DNA of 64,000 nucleotides from Octopus vulgaris (Eukaryota): NCBI GenBank assembly GCA_951406725.2, contig OX597819.1, positions 40,796,001 to 40,860,000 of the forward strand, read 5' to 3'. Shown piece by piece: positions 53,794 to 64,000 of this stretch (position 1 is its first letter; each line of letters starts with the position of its first letter). The notes under the pieces were generated by a model. It saw only the letters and a program-made list of their open reading frames with translations, ran no database searches and was not told where the DNA came from. The position numbers and the translations under genes were made by a program.

Positions 53794-54524
53794 AGTAGTT
53801 TTGAAATTCTTCAGAAGTAAAGCAGGTGACGATGTCCGACACGATGGTATGTGGATATCCAAAGTGTGCAAAATCTTCCTCTAACAAATCCATTGTAGTC
53901 TTACTAGAAACTGGATACAAGGGTATTTAGTGTATGCATCAATGACTACTAACCAATTATGCTCCATAAAGTTGATGGCATGATCTACATGCAGACGAGA
54001 TCAAGGCTTTTCTGGCATTATCCATGGATGAATTGCTGGTTTAGGTGGTGCTTTCTGTGTTCACAGCAAGAAGTACAGCGGCGGCAAAGGTCCATGATTT
54101 CCGCGTCAATGTTTGGCCATTATACTGCCGTCCGCGCTAATTCTTCATCCGTTGCATACCGAGATGACTTGTGTGTAGCAGATGTAAGATTCGTTATCGT
54201 AGACTAGTAAGAATGAATAGTCTCGTAGCGCACAGTAAACATTCATGACACGTGCTCAAAGATTGGGAAGGCTTTCGGAATTGCTTTACTGGATCATCAG
54301 AGTCAAGATGTGAAGGCCAACCTGGATCTTTAGAGGACTCCTTTCTGACTAAATTCGAATCTGTAGGCTGAACATGTAAGCTAATCGCTTCATTTACACA
54401 CACAACGTCGGTATCAGCCATGTCTTCTTCCCCATCAAAGATGGAGTCCTTTCCAACAAGAGGGTGGCTAAGAGCATCTGCATTTTGATGAAGGTTGCTT
54501 TTTCGATACTCTATGACATAGGAA

Positions 54525-54839
54525 GTGGAGGCACATGGCCTAGTGGTTAGAGCAGCGAACTCGCGATCGAGAGATCGCGGGTTCGAATCTCAGACCGGGT
54601 GATGTGTGTTTATGAGCGAAACACCTAAGCTCCACGCGGCTCCGGCAGAATGGCGAACTTCTGCTGACTCTTTCGCCACAACTTTCTCTCACTCTTTCCT
54701 CCTGCATCTTGCAGCTCACCTGCGACGGACCGGCGTCCTGTCCAGGTGGGGAACATATACGCCAAGGAAACTGGGAAACCGGCCCTTATGAGCCAGACAT
54801 GACTCGAGAAGGAACAACAACAACAACAACAACAATAAT
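54525..54839 (+). mobile_element. tRNA-derived SINE inserted in Gypsy pol; related heads at 10165, 14560, 18312, 50834
   Basis: A box tggcctagtggttagagc, B box ggttcgaatct, (CAA)n tail, 12-bp TSD atgacataggaa. Confidence 0.92.
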
Positions 54840-55559
54840 ATGACATAGGAAAATTGGTTGAGAAAGAGTGTCCAGCGAGCCAAACGATTAGCAGCCAAAC
54901 TTGACACCGGCTTGTTAGGACCAAAATTTGACAGGAGTGGTTTATGATCTGTTACCACAATGAATGATCTGCCAAAAATGTACTGATAAAACTTCTTTAA
55001 AGTAAAAACTATTGCCAGGGCCTCCTTTTGTATCTGGCTGTCATTGCATTGAGATTCAGAAAGGAGCTTGGAGACGTTAGCAATTGTTTTTTCATCTCCA
55101 TTTGAATAACAATGGAACAAGGTTGCTCCAATACCAATAATGGACGCGTCACATGCTATTCCCAACGGCACAGCAGGATCGAAATGAGCCAGAACTGAAT
55201 CGGATGTAAGGAAGTCCTTCAACTTCAGGAAAGCGGCTTGTTCCGGTTCACCTCAATTCCACACAAATTCATCACGCAAGAGCCTGTAGAGAGTTGAAAC
55301 CACTGTAGAAAACCTAGGAATCAAAAACTTTGAATAGAATTGCACTGATCCCAAAAATGACCGCAACGCAGATACCTCCTTGGATGCCGGTATGTTGATG
55401 ACAGCATCTACTTTGGAACCTTTCGAAATGCCTTGTTTGGAAAGTATGTGTCCCAAATATTCCACTTTTGGTTGGGCGAATTGACACTTCTCTCTGCGAC
55501 ATCTAAGACCTTTTCCCTGTAGACGCTGAAGTAAACGTTTCAGGTTCTGGACTGGTTGG

Positions 55560-56802
55560 ACGAGTTAGACGGGCTTTCACGTGGATGTGTTAGTTGGCAT
55601 TCATTCTGTTATTGAATTGGTGTTGTTGAAATAATTGCGTTCTGCGTTTGACAGACGTTAAGAACTGTTATCCTCCTCTGTGAGGGTGAGGAATATCTAT
55701 TTTGTCTGTGAAAGTTTTACAAAAAAAAAAAAAAAATAATAATAATGAATACCTCCTCTAAATGGCTTGCATTCATGTTGGTTGTGTAAATATGCGTGGC
55801 TTGGTGTCAGGCTGGAAACAAGGTCGCTTCCTTAATGACATCAGGCTGCGTATGTTTGATGTCATTGTTGCTACGGAAACACGGTTAAGGGGCCCAAGAG
55901 ATCTCCTCCCGCTACTGGATGGCTACGAGAGCTTTTTCTCTCCATGCTGTCCTACTGGCGGAAGTAGAGTGTTGGTTCTGTTAAAAAGAAACCGGGTTTC
56001 TGAGAAAAAGTTGATTTTTGCAGATCCAGAAGGTAGGCTGGTCGTCATGGACTTGATGTTCAGCCGTGGTAAGATCATCAGACTGGTTGCAATTTATGCA
56101 GCCAACGAAACTGGGCAAAAGAAGTATTTTCGGAACCTAGAGAAGTTTCTCGGTACCTCACATTCTCTAGGTGTGATAGGAGACTTCAACACATTCTACG
56201 ACGCACGCGTGGATTATGCTGGCTCGGGTTCTGATAGGTTCTGCTAAGCCGCTATGAACTGGCAGATCCATATAGGTTGGAATTTCCGAACGCTCCATTA
56301 TGGACATAGTCAAGCAGTGACGGATCTTCTAGGTGATACCTGGACAGGGTGTTAATTAGAAAAACAGATAAGAATATAGCTAGGTGTCCACAGTTCTACC
56401 CGGTCAGCTACAGTGACCATAAAATGGTCACCTGTAAACTTGACATAGATAAGCGATATAGTAGAGGATCTGGCTATTGGAAACATAATACGTCCCTTTT
56501 GGCAATTAAGGAGTATAGAGACCGGATTAAGTTACTGATTCAGAGGACATTAACCGGATCCATTATTAATAATAAATGGAGGTATACCTTCAAGCGAGCC
56601 ATTAAATTCGAATCTATTAGATATAGCATAGGTTTAGTAGCTAGTGAGACTAGGGAGGGATTAGCATTAGCAATAGAAACTGGCTTTGCGTCTCAGGTGA
56701 CGGCTAAGAGACTGGCGTCAAAATAGCACCTCGAAGCTCAACACATGGGGTGTATTGTCAGGGCTAGGCTTTGTGCAGTGGGTTGTGAAGGAATCAAAGC
56801 TG
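55560..56802 (+). mobile_element. L1/Tx1-like LINE, ORF2 AP-endonuclease region, degenerate
   Basis: VNMRGL, ATET, IYA, GDFN, LDR, SDH and GYWKHNTSLL motifs with stops and frameshifts. Confidence 0.9.
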
Positions 56803-56828
56803 CAGAACTGAATTAGAGCAATATCACA
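56803..56828 (-). repeat. Stub of the 5' LTR of the same Gypsy element
   Basis: cagaactgaattagagcaatatcaca matches 52477-52502 with one mismatch. Confidence 0.7.
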
Positions 56829-56842
56829 CACACACACACACA

Positions 56843-56938
<96 letters not shown>

Positions 56939-56940
56939 CA

Positions 56941-57760
56941 CAGAGGTGGGCATCGTTAATCGAAAAGCAAACTTCGTTAATCGTTAATCCGTTAATTCTT
57001 TGAAAATCTAACAGAAGTTAACGTTAATCCATTAACGCTAACTTTCGTTGAAAAAGGGCAATAGCGGCTCGTGTATAGGCACTGCAGAACTGCAGCACCC
57101 CTATTTCAACTCAATATTATATTATAACATTCAATATAATGAGTTCTGTTTTCTTTAATTCTTTCTTTATACTTGTACATTATATAATCCTTAAGCTTAA
57201 TGTCAATAGCCATCCCCTAGTTTATGAAAAAAATACAAAAATCCTTGCATAGAACTGTGCGCTTCACAGTTCCAGTGACGCGGTGTTTGGCTCTTGTGCT
57301 ATGCTCACATGTCCGAGATAAGAAGATTCACGCTAGGGAGAGACAGCACTGTCATTCAGGCATTGCCGGTGAAAGGTAGTGTTTCTTTTTTACTCCGCGT
57401 GTGTTGTGCTTAAAAACGTGTTTATAATCTTGAATGTGATCAAGTGTAGAATTAGATTATCCTGCTTCCAGCTTCAGTATTGCTGCCAGGATTTGAAAAA
57501 CAGGGCATGATATAGGGGGTGGTGGTTTGAAAACCAAGGGGGAATTCACGGCGATGTTCAGTGAGCAAATTACACATGCTATCCGGCAGTAGCTAAAGCG
57601 CGAACAGATGAAGTTTATGTATAAATTTTCTTTTTATATGTTTGTTTCCTTTTACACAATATTAAAACAACGGCTACAAATTTTCTGAAACAGCACCCCA
57701 ACTAATCATATATAGGAGCCGCCCCTGAAAAAGGCATAACTACCGTTTAATACCCTACCG
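56941..57760. mobile_element. hAT-like end (CAGAGGTGGGCA) with a nested TIR element at about 57060-57727
   Basis: gcggctc...gcagcaccc mirrored by cagcaccc...ggagccgcccctg; aaaaagg(g)c on both flanks. Confidence 0.5.
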
Positions 57761-58974
57761 ACTTTGTGCCTCATAACTTCCAGAAAAATGAATACTTTTG
57801 GAAGGGGGCGGAAGGGATTGTTTCTGGGAAACGGTATTTCGGATCAGACGGCCCACATTAGTTGGAATTTCTCCGTTTTGACGGGGATTTTTCCAATGTT
57901 TTTCACCAAAGTCTTCAGAATGACGGAAGGTATCTTTTCAAGAAAAAAAAAAAATTAAAACTTTTTTTGCCATTCCCATCGCCCCTTCACTACCCCAGTC
58001 CGAAACGATTTTGGCCATTTTTTTCACTACGCACTTTAAAACTCGCGAGAGAAACATTTTCGTTTTTAAAAAATGTGTTAATAATTTCAGAGGAAAATGT
58101 GTGATTTAAGGGAGATCTGGCTGTTCTTTCTAGCACATCCCAAAACCTCCCCTCTAGTTTCTTTCTCACTCACATATCAATTGATATTTTTCAATATTTT
58201 TCTCTCCATAAACAAATTTTATGGAATGACGATGTCAAGATGTCAAATTGACACACGTGTAGTCCCAACCGATCGAGGCCGTGTTATGTGTGTGTGTGTA
58301 AGAAAGAAAAAAAACACACCTAAAAACATCTTTAGTGTTCATATTAATCTGTCAAATGTAATGCTTATTTGTTCACATTATTTTGAATTATTCAGGTTTA
58401 AGAGGCATGTTCACAATATTTGCTTGTAACTTTCTAAATTTTTTACATACAGATTTGAAATTTTGTCAGTAGGTGCTTTATATACTTTTAGCTGATCTTG
58501 CTGAGTAAATTTGACTTTTATGGGCAGGTAAATTTAATTAACATTATGGATGAGCACTAAAACTGAAATTCTTAATGCATCTTACCTGTTTGATTTGTTA
58601 CTAAAATTATCCCAGATAGCAACCGACAAAATAATCAGTACAAGATTTTATTCTTTCGATAAATATTTTGTACCTCGGTGTGGAATAATTTTTTTCCATA
58701 GTTTTTTTTTCAGGTGCATTCAACGTATCTGACCTCAAAATCCACCGCAAGACATTTTATCCGGAAAAGGAAGGTGGGAGGGATTACGGAGACTTCGAAG
58801 TTTCCTACCAAGGGAGTTCTGCTTCGCGGATCTTTTTTCTTTTCCAGATTATTTTGCATGCTTTCAACGAATGTGATATCGAAATCAGGCGCAGGAAAGA
58901 CTTGGCTGCTACTTCCAGCATGCCATGCTACCACGTAACAGCTACCACGTAACACCAAATCGATTCACAAGGCT

Positions 58975-59710
58975 TCTGGCTCCATCACTCCTCAATTTGT
59001 TCCTGCCCGCTCTTTTTTGCAGTCTGCTTGATCCATTTTGCTTGGTTTGTGGCAGTGGTTTCAGGTTCTTCAACTATTTCAGGATTAATGTCAAGTTTCC
59101 TTGCGAATTTACAAGCTTCCTTGACAATCGAATGTGACTTTTTGCTGCTTTTGTGTTTGCACACAAATCGCAGCGTCCAGTCCTCTGTACTAGATAAGTA
59201 CCTGTTCATTGCTAACGTTGAGGTCTTATAGGACAGTTCTGCCTGCATCATTCCTCTTCCCCCGTAACTTCTAGTTAGGTACAGACAACCAACATCTGCT
59301 TTTGGGTGGTGCTTGTTCTTAGAAGTTAGTATTTTTCTTGTCTTCCTGTCCAGGCGTTGGAGCTCTGTAAGATTCCAGTTAATGATTGGACTATTGGACC
59401 TGCCAGGGTGTTAATGGTTGCGATGCGATTTTTAAAGTTGAGTTCAGTTTTTAGTATGAGTTTTATTTCCCTGTAATATTCTTTTCTTATTTTTTCCTTC
59501 ATAATAGCATGTTGCATACAATCTCCTTCGTTTATCTCCAGGTATTTGTAATTTTTTTGTAGGCCAAACGCCTTGATGGTAGTGTCGGTATCTAATTTAA
59601 TGGAAATTGTTTGCCTGAGCTTGCCTCTTACAAAAGTTTCTTTAGCACACTTATCAAGGCCAAAGTTCATCCCGATGCCATTGCTGAATTCTTTAACAGT
59701 TGTTAGCATC
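58975..59710 (-). mobile_element. R4/Dong-clade LINE RT C-terminal fragment
   Basis: FSNGIGMNFGLDKCA, YKYLEI, IATINTLAGP, HPKADVGCLYLTRSYGGRG. Confidence 0.85.
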
Positions 59711-59800
59711 TCTAATATGATGTCAGGTATACCATAACACCATTTACTCGAAATAGATTTACCGATTTACTTACGGTATGTATAATATTATATTGTAATA

Positions 59801-60163
59801 CTAGCACTATGACCCGGCAACGCCAGGTCATAGTGCTAGTGCATGAATATACAGCTGCGTGCATGCGCACATACACAAGAGTACTGTCCAAATCTCCGAC
59901 CAAGCACATACAGCTAGCTGGCATTCAATTGGCGTATCAAGTGTCGGGCATTTTGATTGGGTTTTGGATAGAAAATTCACAAAAAGTCACTTCTATTGAT
60001 TTTTTAATGGCTTTGCAGGGTGACTGGAGAAATGTAAAGATGTGCACCACTACCCTTGAACGGTTTTGAATGACCATAGAAAGTGCGAGCCCTCTAACAG
60101 AAAAATTGTGGATTTGTATAAAGGACACACACACAGACATTTTGCCGTTTATATATAGAGAGA
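59801..60163 (-). mobile_element. Non-autonomous Helitron
   Basis: 5' A|TC, 3' CTAG|T, subterminal hairpin, no TSD. Confidence 0.75.
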
Positions 60164-61208
60164 TATTAGAAATGTTATAAAGCACACTGCCAGTATTTTC
60201 TTTAATTTGTACATTTTCGTCTTGCTTCACGAGACTGTTGGTCTTGAAACAACGTATCAATTTCGACGCTGCTCATGGTTCATGTCTGCTACATGCTTCT
60301 CCAGAATCGGCCAGTGTGCAGTGTTTCCTCTCATTGCACCTTTCGTCCTGGTTATAATCCTTAATAAATCTTCCTTTAATCTCCAAACTCTTACCATCTT
60401 CTCAGTTGTACCGTCTTCTCTCGCAGCAGCACAGGTTTTGTGGGACTTGACGTATGATACCATTTTCAACTTAAAACCAGCTTCATACTCTCTTGGAACC
60501 ATTAAGGGATTTTACAGTTGCTGGAAACTAATGTACACCCAGTGAAAGTACTGCTGCTTATAAAGGAGTAACAATTTGAGTCTTTTCAAGAAACTCCGTC
60601 TGTGATTGTTTAAAAGTAACCGTAAAAGTAATTGTAAGGTTTATTGTGATTGGTCTAACTGACACGAATTGGCCAATCACAGAAGGTACAGGCACATGCT
60701 GCTAATCTGCCGCAACAAGTAAGTTAGTTACCGTAAACTACACTTTTCCTGAAAGCCCTCGGATAGTTGAGCGTTGTATGAGAGAGTGTTCTAATGAGGC
60801 AGTGTAAACAGATCAGACCCTGGGAACCGGCTGAACCGGCTGATTGTTTACATTTGCGACTGGTGTCTGTCCACTAAGTTTGCTGTGTTGTTTTTTAATA
60901 TAATCTTACTATTAATCCAGCTTTCCAAACATGCGTGTAAGTATCAGTGGAAAATACTGAGTTGTAGAACCAGAAGATCTATGCATGTGCCATACAATGT
61001 TCCCCATCGACATGTGCAAGTATCAGTAGAAAATACTGTGGTGTAGAAACATAGGACCTATGCGAGTGCTTTGCACTGTTCTTCATTGGCATTGATGCTA
61101 CTCTAAACCACAGGAAGTTATGGTTCCGTATAAAACCGTATAAAACCTGAACCCTTGTTTTGGGTTGATTTTGTAAAGTTCAAATTCAGTCCTTACGCCA
61201 GAATATAC

Positions 61209-61210
<2 letters not shown>
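60164..61210 (-). mobile_element. pogo/Tigger-like transposon 5' part (Brinker-type DNA-binding domain and start of a CENP-B HTH)
   Basis: YEAGFKLKMVSY...AAAR...EKMVRVWR...WPILE; TIR ta|CCGTATATTCTGGCGTA at 61210. Confidence 0.8.
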
Positions 61211-61295
<85 letters not shown>

Positions 61296-62035
61296 GATCT
61301 TGCATGCATGAAGTGGATTCGATCCACCAGAGCCAAATTTAAATTAACACTGCAATAGAACTTTTCCCACGATGGAACAATGATTTTTCTCTGACAGCAG
61401 TTTTACATTTTCCAGATGCCTTTTAGCTAGGCCGAAATAATGTCTTCACCACTTGACCCTTTCTAACCTCTTCTACTTCACCAAAAGCTAGAATAGAGAT
61501 AACAAGACCACCAACTAAATCTATTGTTTTCAATGATATATCTATCCTTCTGGATCTTTATACAAGCAAGCATACCGCAAGCAAAAATCAGTTAGTCACC
61601 TTGGTGACAAACTCGTGAGTTGAAAGAGAGCTAACATCAGTTAATGAACCGATCACTAGAATCATGGAGGCAGGCAGACAAAACGGCCAGAAGGTAAAAG
61701 AAAGACAACGTCCTACACTCTCTCACTCTCACTAGCTCCAATTCTGTTCTCTTACAACATCATTCTATCGCTATCTGTGGATTACTACTAACTTTTCGTA
61801 TACGCCAAACTATGTAATGAAACATTCTACTGCATCTAACCTTTCTTCGCATGCTTTTGGATTTATCATAACCTGCCCGTCGAGGCAAGGTAATTGTAAC
61901 GTAGCGGTAAATAAATATTTCCTTAAAACTTCATGCATTGTTCATCTTTCACATCCTACAGTATGCAATTATAACAGCAAATAATTATCGTCACAACTGC
62001 TTTCTCACTTCAACTAATCAATTTAAAAACCGTTC

Positions 62036-62467
62036 GGTTCTATTTTGGTTTGACCGGCAGTTTTTAAAAATAATTTCCACGTAACTAAACACTTTTAAAC
62101 TTCGTATACTGGTAGAATGTGTTTATAAAACATCTTTTTCTCTTGGCTTTATTGAGAAAATTCCATAGTTTGTAAGATATTTGTTGTTTTTTTCTTCAAT
62201 TTCTGCAATTTCAACCAATCAATGACGTCTATTAAGGTGAAAGCATTCTGTGCCGTATGAATATGTCCCTCGTTTAAGAAACAGATTGGGTTTATTTACA
62301 TTTCTGAAGAAAAAAAGATACCCTTCCCCCACCCCTAACCCTAACCCTAACTAACCCTAACCCTAAAACAGATTGAAATGCAATAGATCGATACTAGGGT
62401 CATAATTATGGGTGACAATTTCATATGACACCGCGAGAAAAAACTGCCGTTCAAACCGAAAAGATCC
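62036..62467. mobile_element. Non-autonomous TIR element with internal (CCCTAA)n
   Basis: About 28-bp imperfect TIRs; aaccgtt on both flanks; telomere-type hexamers at 62333-62366. Confidence 0.75.
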
Positions 62468-62473
62468 AACCGT

Positions 62474-62578
<105 letters not shown>

Positions 62579-63269
62579 GTATCTGTTTTGATTGGAGATC
62601 TGGGCTTGTGCAAAGTGTCTACCATATCCTCTTGTATGAAAAATAGTTTTTTTTAATGACAACGAAGTAGAGAAATAAAGTACCTTCAACGTTTCAAAGT
62701 AAATCTATTTCAGCATTATATTGTTGTTGTTGTTGTTGTTTAACCCTACCGCAACCCTGATTGAAACTGAATAGACTTGCAAATGGCAATCTTGTATATG
62801 CACCTAGTATTGATTTCTTGATTTTTTTTTGTAGTTATCATATGGTTATTTAATGTTGTATTATCTGATGTCTTCTTAGGGTTTCAACAATTCTTAATCG
62901 GTACTGTATAAATTTAAAAGAAATTTGGCTGTAAATCTAGCAGCATTTGCTGGATCTTCAAGCAACTTAGTAACCGAACGTGCTTTCCTTTTTTTCTGAT
63001 GATGATGACGATGACGATAGTAGTGGTAACGGTAGTGGTGGTGATAGTGGTGATAGTGGTGGTAGTGGTGGTGGAGGTGGTGCTGCTGATGATGTAAGGA
63101 AGAAAAGCTAAAAAATAACAATTAACAATTACTTTTTTAATTTCGGTAAAAGGAAGGATTCGATATTTACTTCTTTTTACGTTTTATTCTGTATATACAT
63201 TCATATATCCTTAATCCTCGCCACAATACAAAATTATACAATGAAAAAATACAATGAGGCTTTCAGGGC

Positions 63270-63458
63270 TTAAGACTCAAACGTTTCTTGGGCCTCTTGC
63301 ATAGCCTTTCTTCTCACTGATTCAGCCATTTGCTTCAAAACGGTCGTTTGGGGTCTGAAAATCTTTGATTCAAATTGTCCTTTAATTCCGCTCTTGTCAT
63401 TTTGCACGAATGCTATTCTTGTGTTCTTCCTGTATGCGAACAACTGGATACGGAACAG
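63270..63458 (-). CDS. Terminal exon of an upstream paralogue (LFRIQLFAYRKNTRIAFVQNDKSGIKGQFESKIFRPQTTVLKQMAESVRRKAMQEAQETFES*); the rest of the gene lies beyond the window
   Basis: Acceptor cattttag|; same 189-nt length and stop position as 17357-17545; 27/62 aa identical by hand count; AATAAA at 63183-63188. Confidence 0.88.
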   Translation of the reverse strand: MFRIQLFAYRKNTRIAFVQNDKSGIKGQFESKIFRPQTTVLKQMAESVRRKAMQEAQETFES

Positions 63459-64000
63459 CTAAAATGTAACAAAACGGAAAATTGAGATCTCAATTAAAAA
63501 ATGATTTCGTCGAGGTAATATGTTTATTAGGCATCAAACATAGCCAAGTATCTCTAAACAACAAAACTTATAAATTTTATGAACCACACTGTCACTCTCT
63601 CTCTCACCATGAACAACACTTGTCACTCGTTCACCGTGAACAACACCTCTCAGTGACACTCACCCAGGCAACCTTAGAATCAAAGAGGCTAACCTAATTA
63701 ATAAGCTGAAATCAGCATTAACAACAGAATGGCTATTTTAACAACATCAATCTGCACATGTCACCACCCTCTCCAACATATCTGAGCAATGATAGTAGCT
63801 TTAACCCATCTTCCATTTCTCCACTTGTCTTGATGAAGGGTTTCTAACCCCCTAAATATCGAAGAAATACAAGGCTTAAGCTTCAACTGTTGTTCTGTCT
63901 TCCCTTTTGTAGTTTACTTTTGTAATTCATTTCGCATTCTTTCGGCCTTGACAAGTTATTGTGTAATTTAATATTACACAATGCTTCACTTAAATTTCTC

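Larger units (their letters stand above)
52225..55550 (-). mobile_element. Degenerate Gypsy/Ty3 LTR retrotransposon (RT end, RNase H, integrase, PPT, 3' LTR)
   Basis: EYLGHILS and LRSFLGSVQFY (RT); ACDAS..GIGA, SQIQKEALA, TDHKPL (RNase H); GYPHTIVSD, PYHPSTDGATER (integrase); PPT ggggagg next to the LTR; frameshifts and SINE insertions. Confidence 0.93.

Noticed and set aside
60930-61090. Two-copy repeat of about 78 bp
   Set aside because: Ordinary internal duplication in the pogo element's subterminal region
62333-62366. Chromosome end or telomere fusion
   Set aside because: Only about five hexamers, internal to a TIR element
62894-63121. His-rich ORF, or Gly/Asp/Ser-rich on the other strand
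   Set aside because: Degenerate (GAT/GGT/AGT)n trinucleotide repeat just downstream of a paralogue's polyadenylation signal; no supported gene context

Overview
AT-rich, microsatellite- and transposon-dense eukaryotic DNA. The tRNA-derived SINE families and the repeat landscape point to a coleoid cephalopod, most likely Octopus (inference). Nearly all of the supplied ORFs are microsatellite artefacts or TE debris. Reading splice sites directly gives one complete 5-exon minus-strand gene (ATG 38549 to TAA 17357, 280 aa, all introns GT-AG and phase-consistent) encoding a secreted protein. Two more paralogous copies of its last exon are present: 63270-63458 (intact, its gene runs off the window) and an orphan starting at 3365 that has lost its stop codon. 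This is therefore part of a tandem gene array. From memory, the protein resembles a family of fungal hypothetical proteins, and its motif order parallels the Cyt/volvatoxin A2 cytolysin fold, so it is a candidate undescribed secreted pore-former (inference, untested). The rest is nested TEs: Penelope-like elements with minimal hammerhead ribozymes and inverted repeats, a Gypsy element carrying a U6-SINE chimera, Tx1/L1, R4/Dong, CR1 and RTE LINE fragments, a Helitron Rep/Pif1 relic, and pogo, Tc1/mariner and hAT elements.
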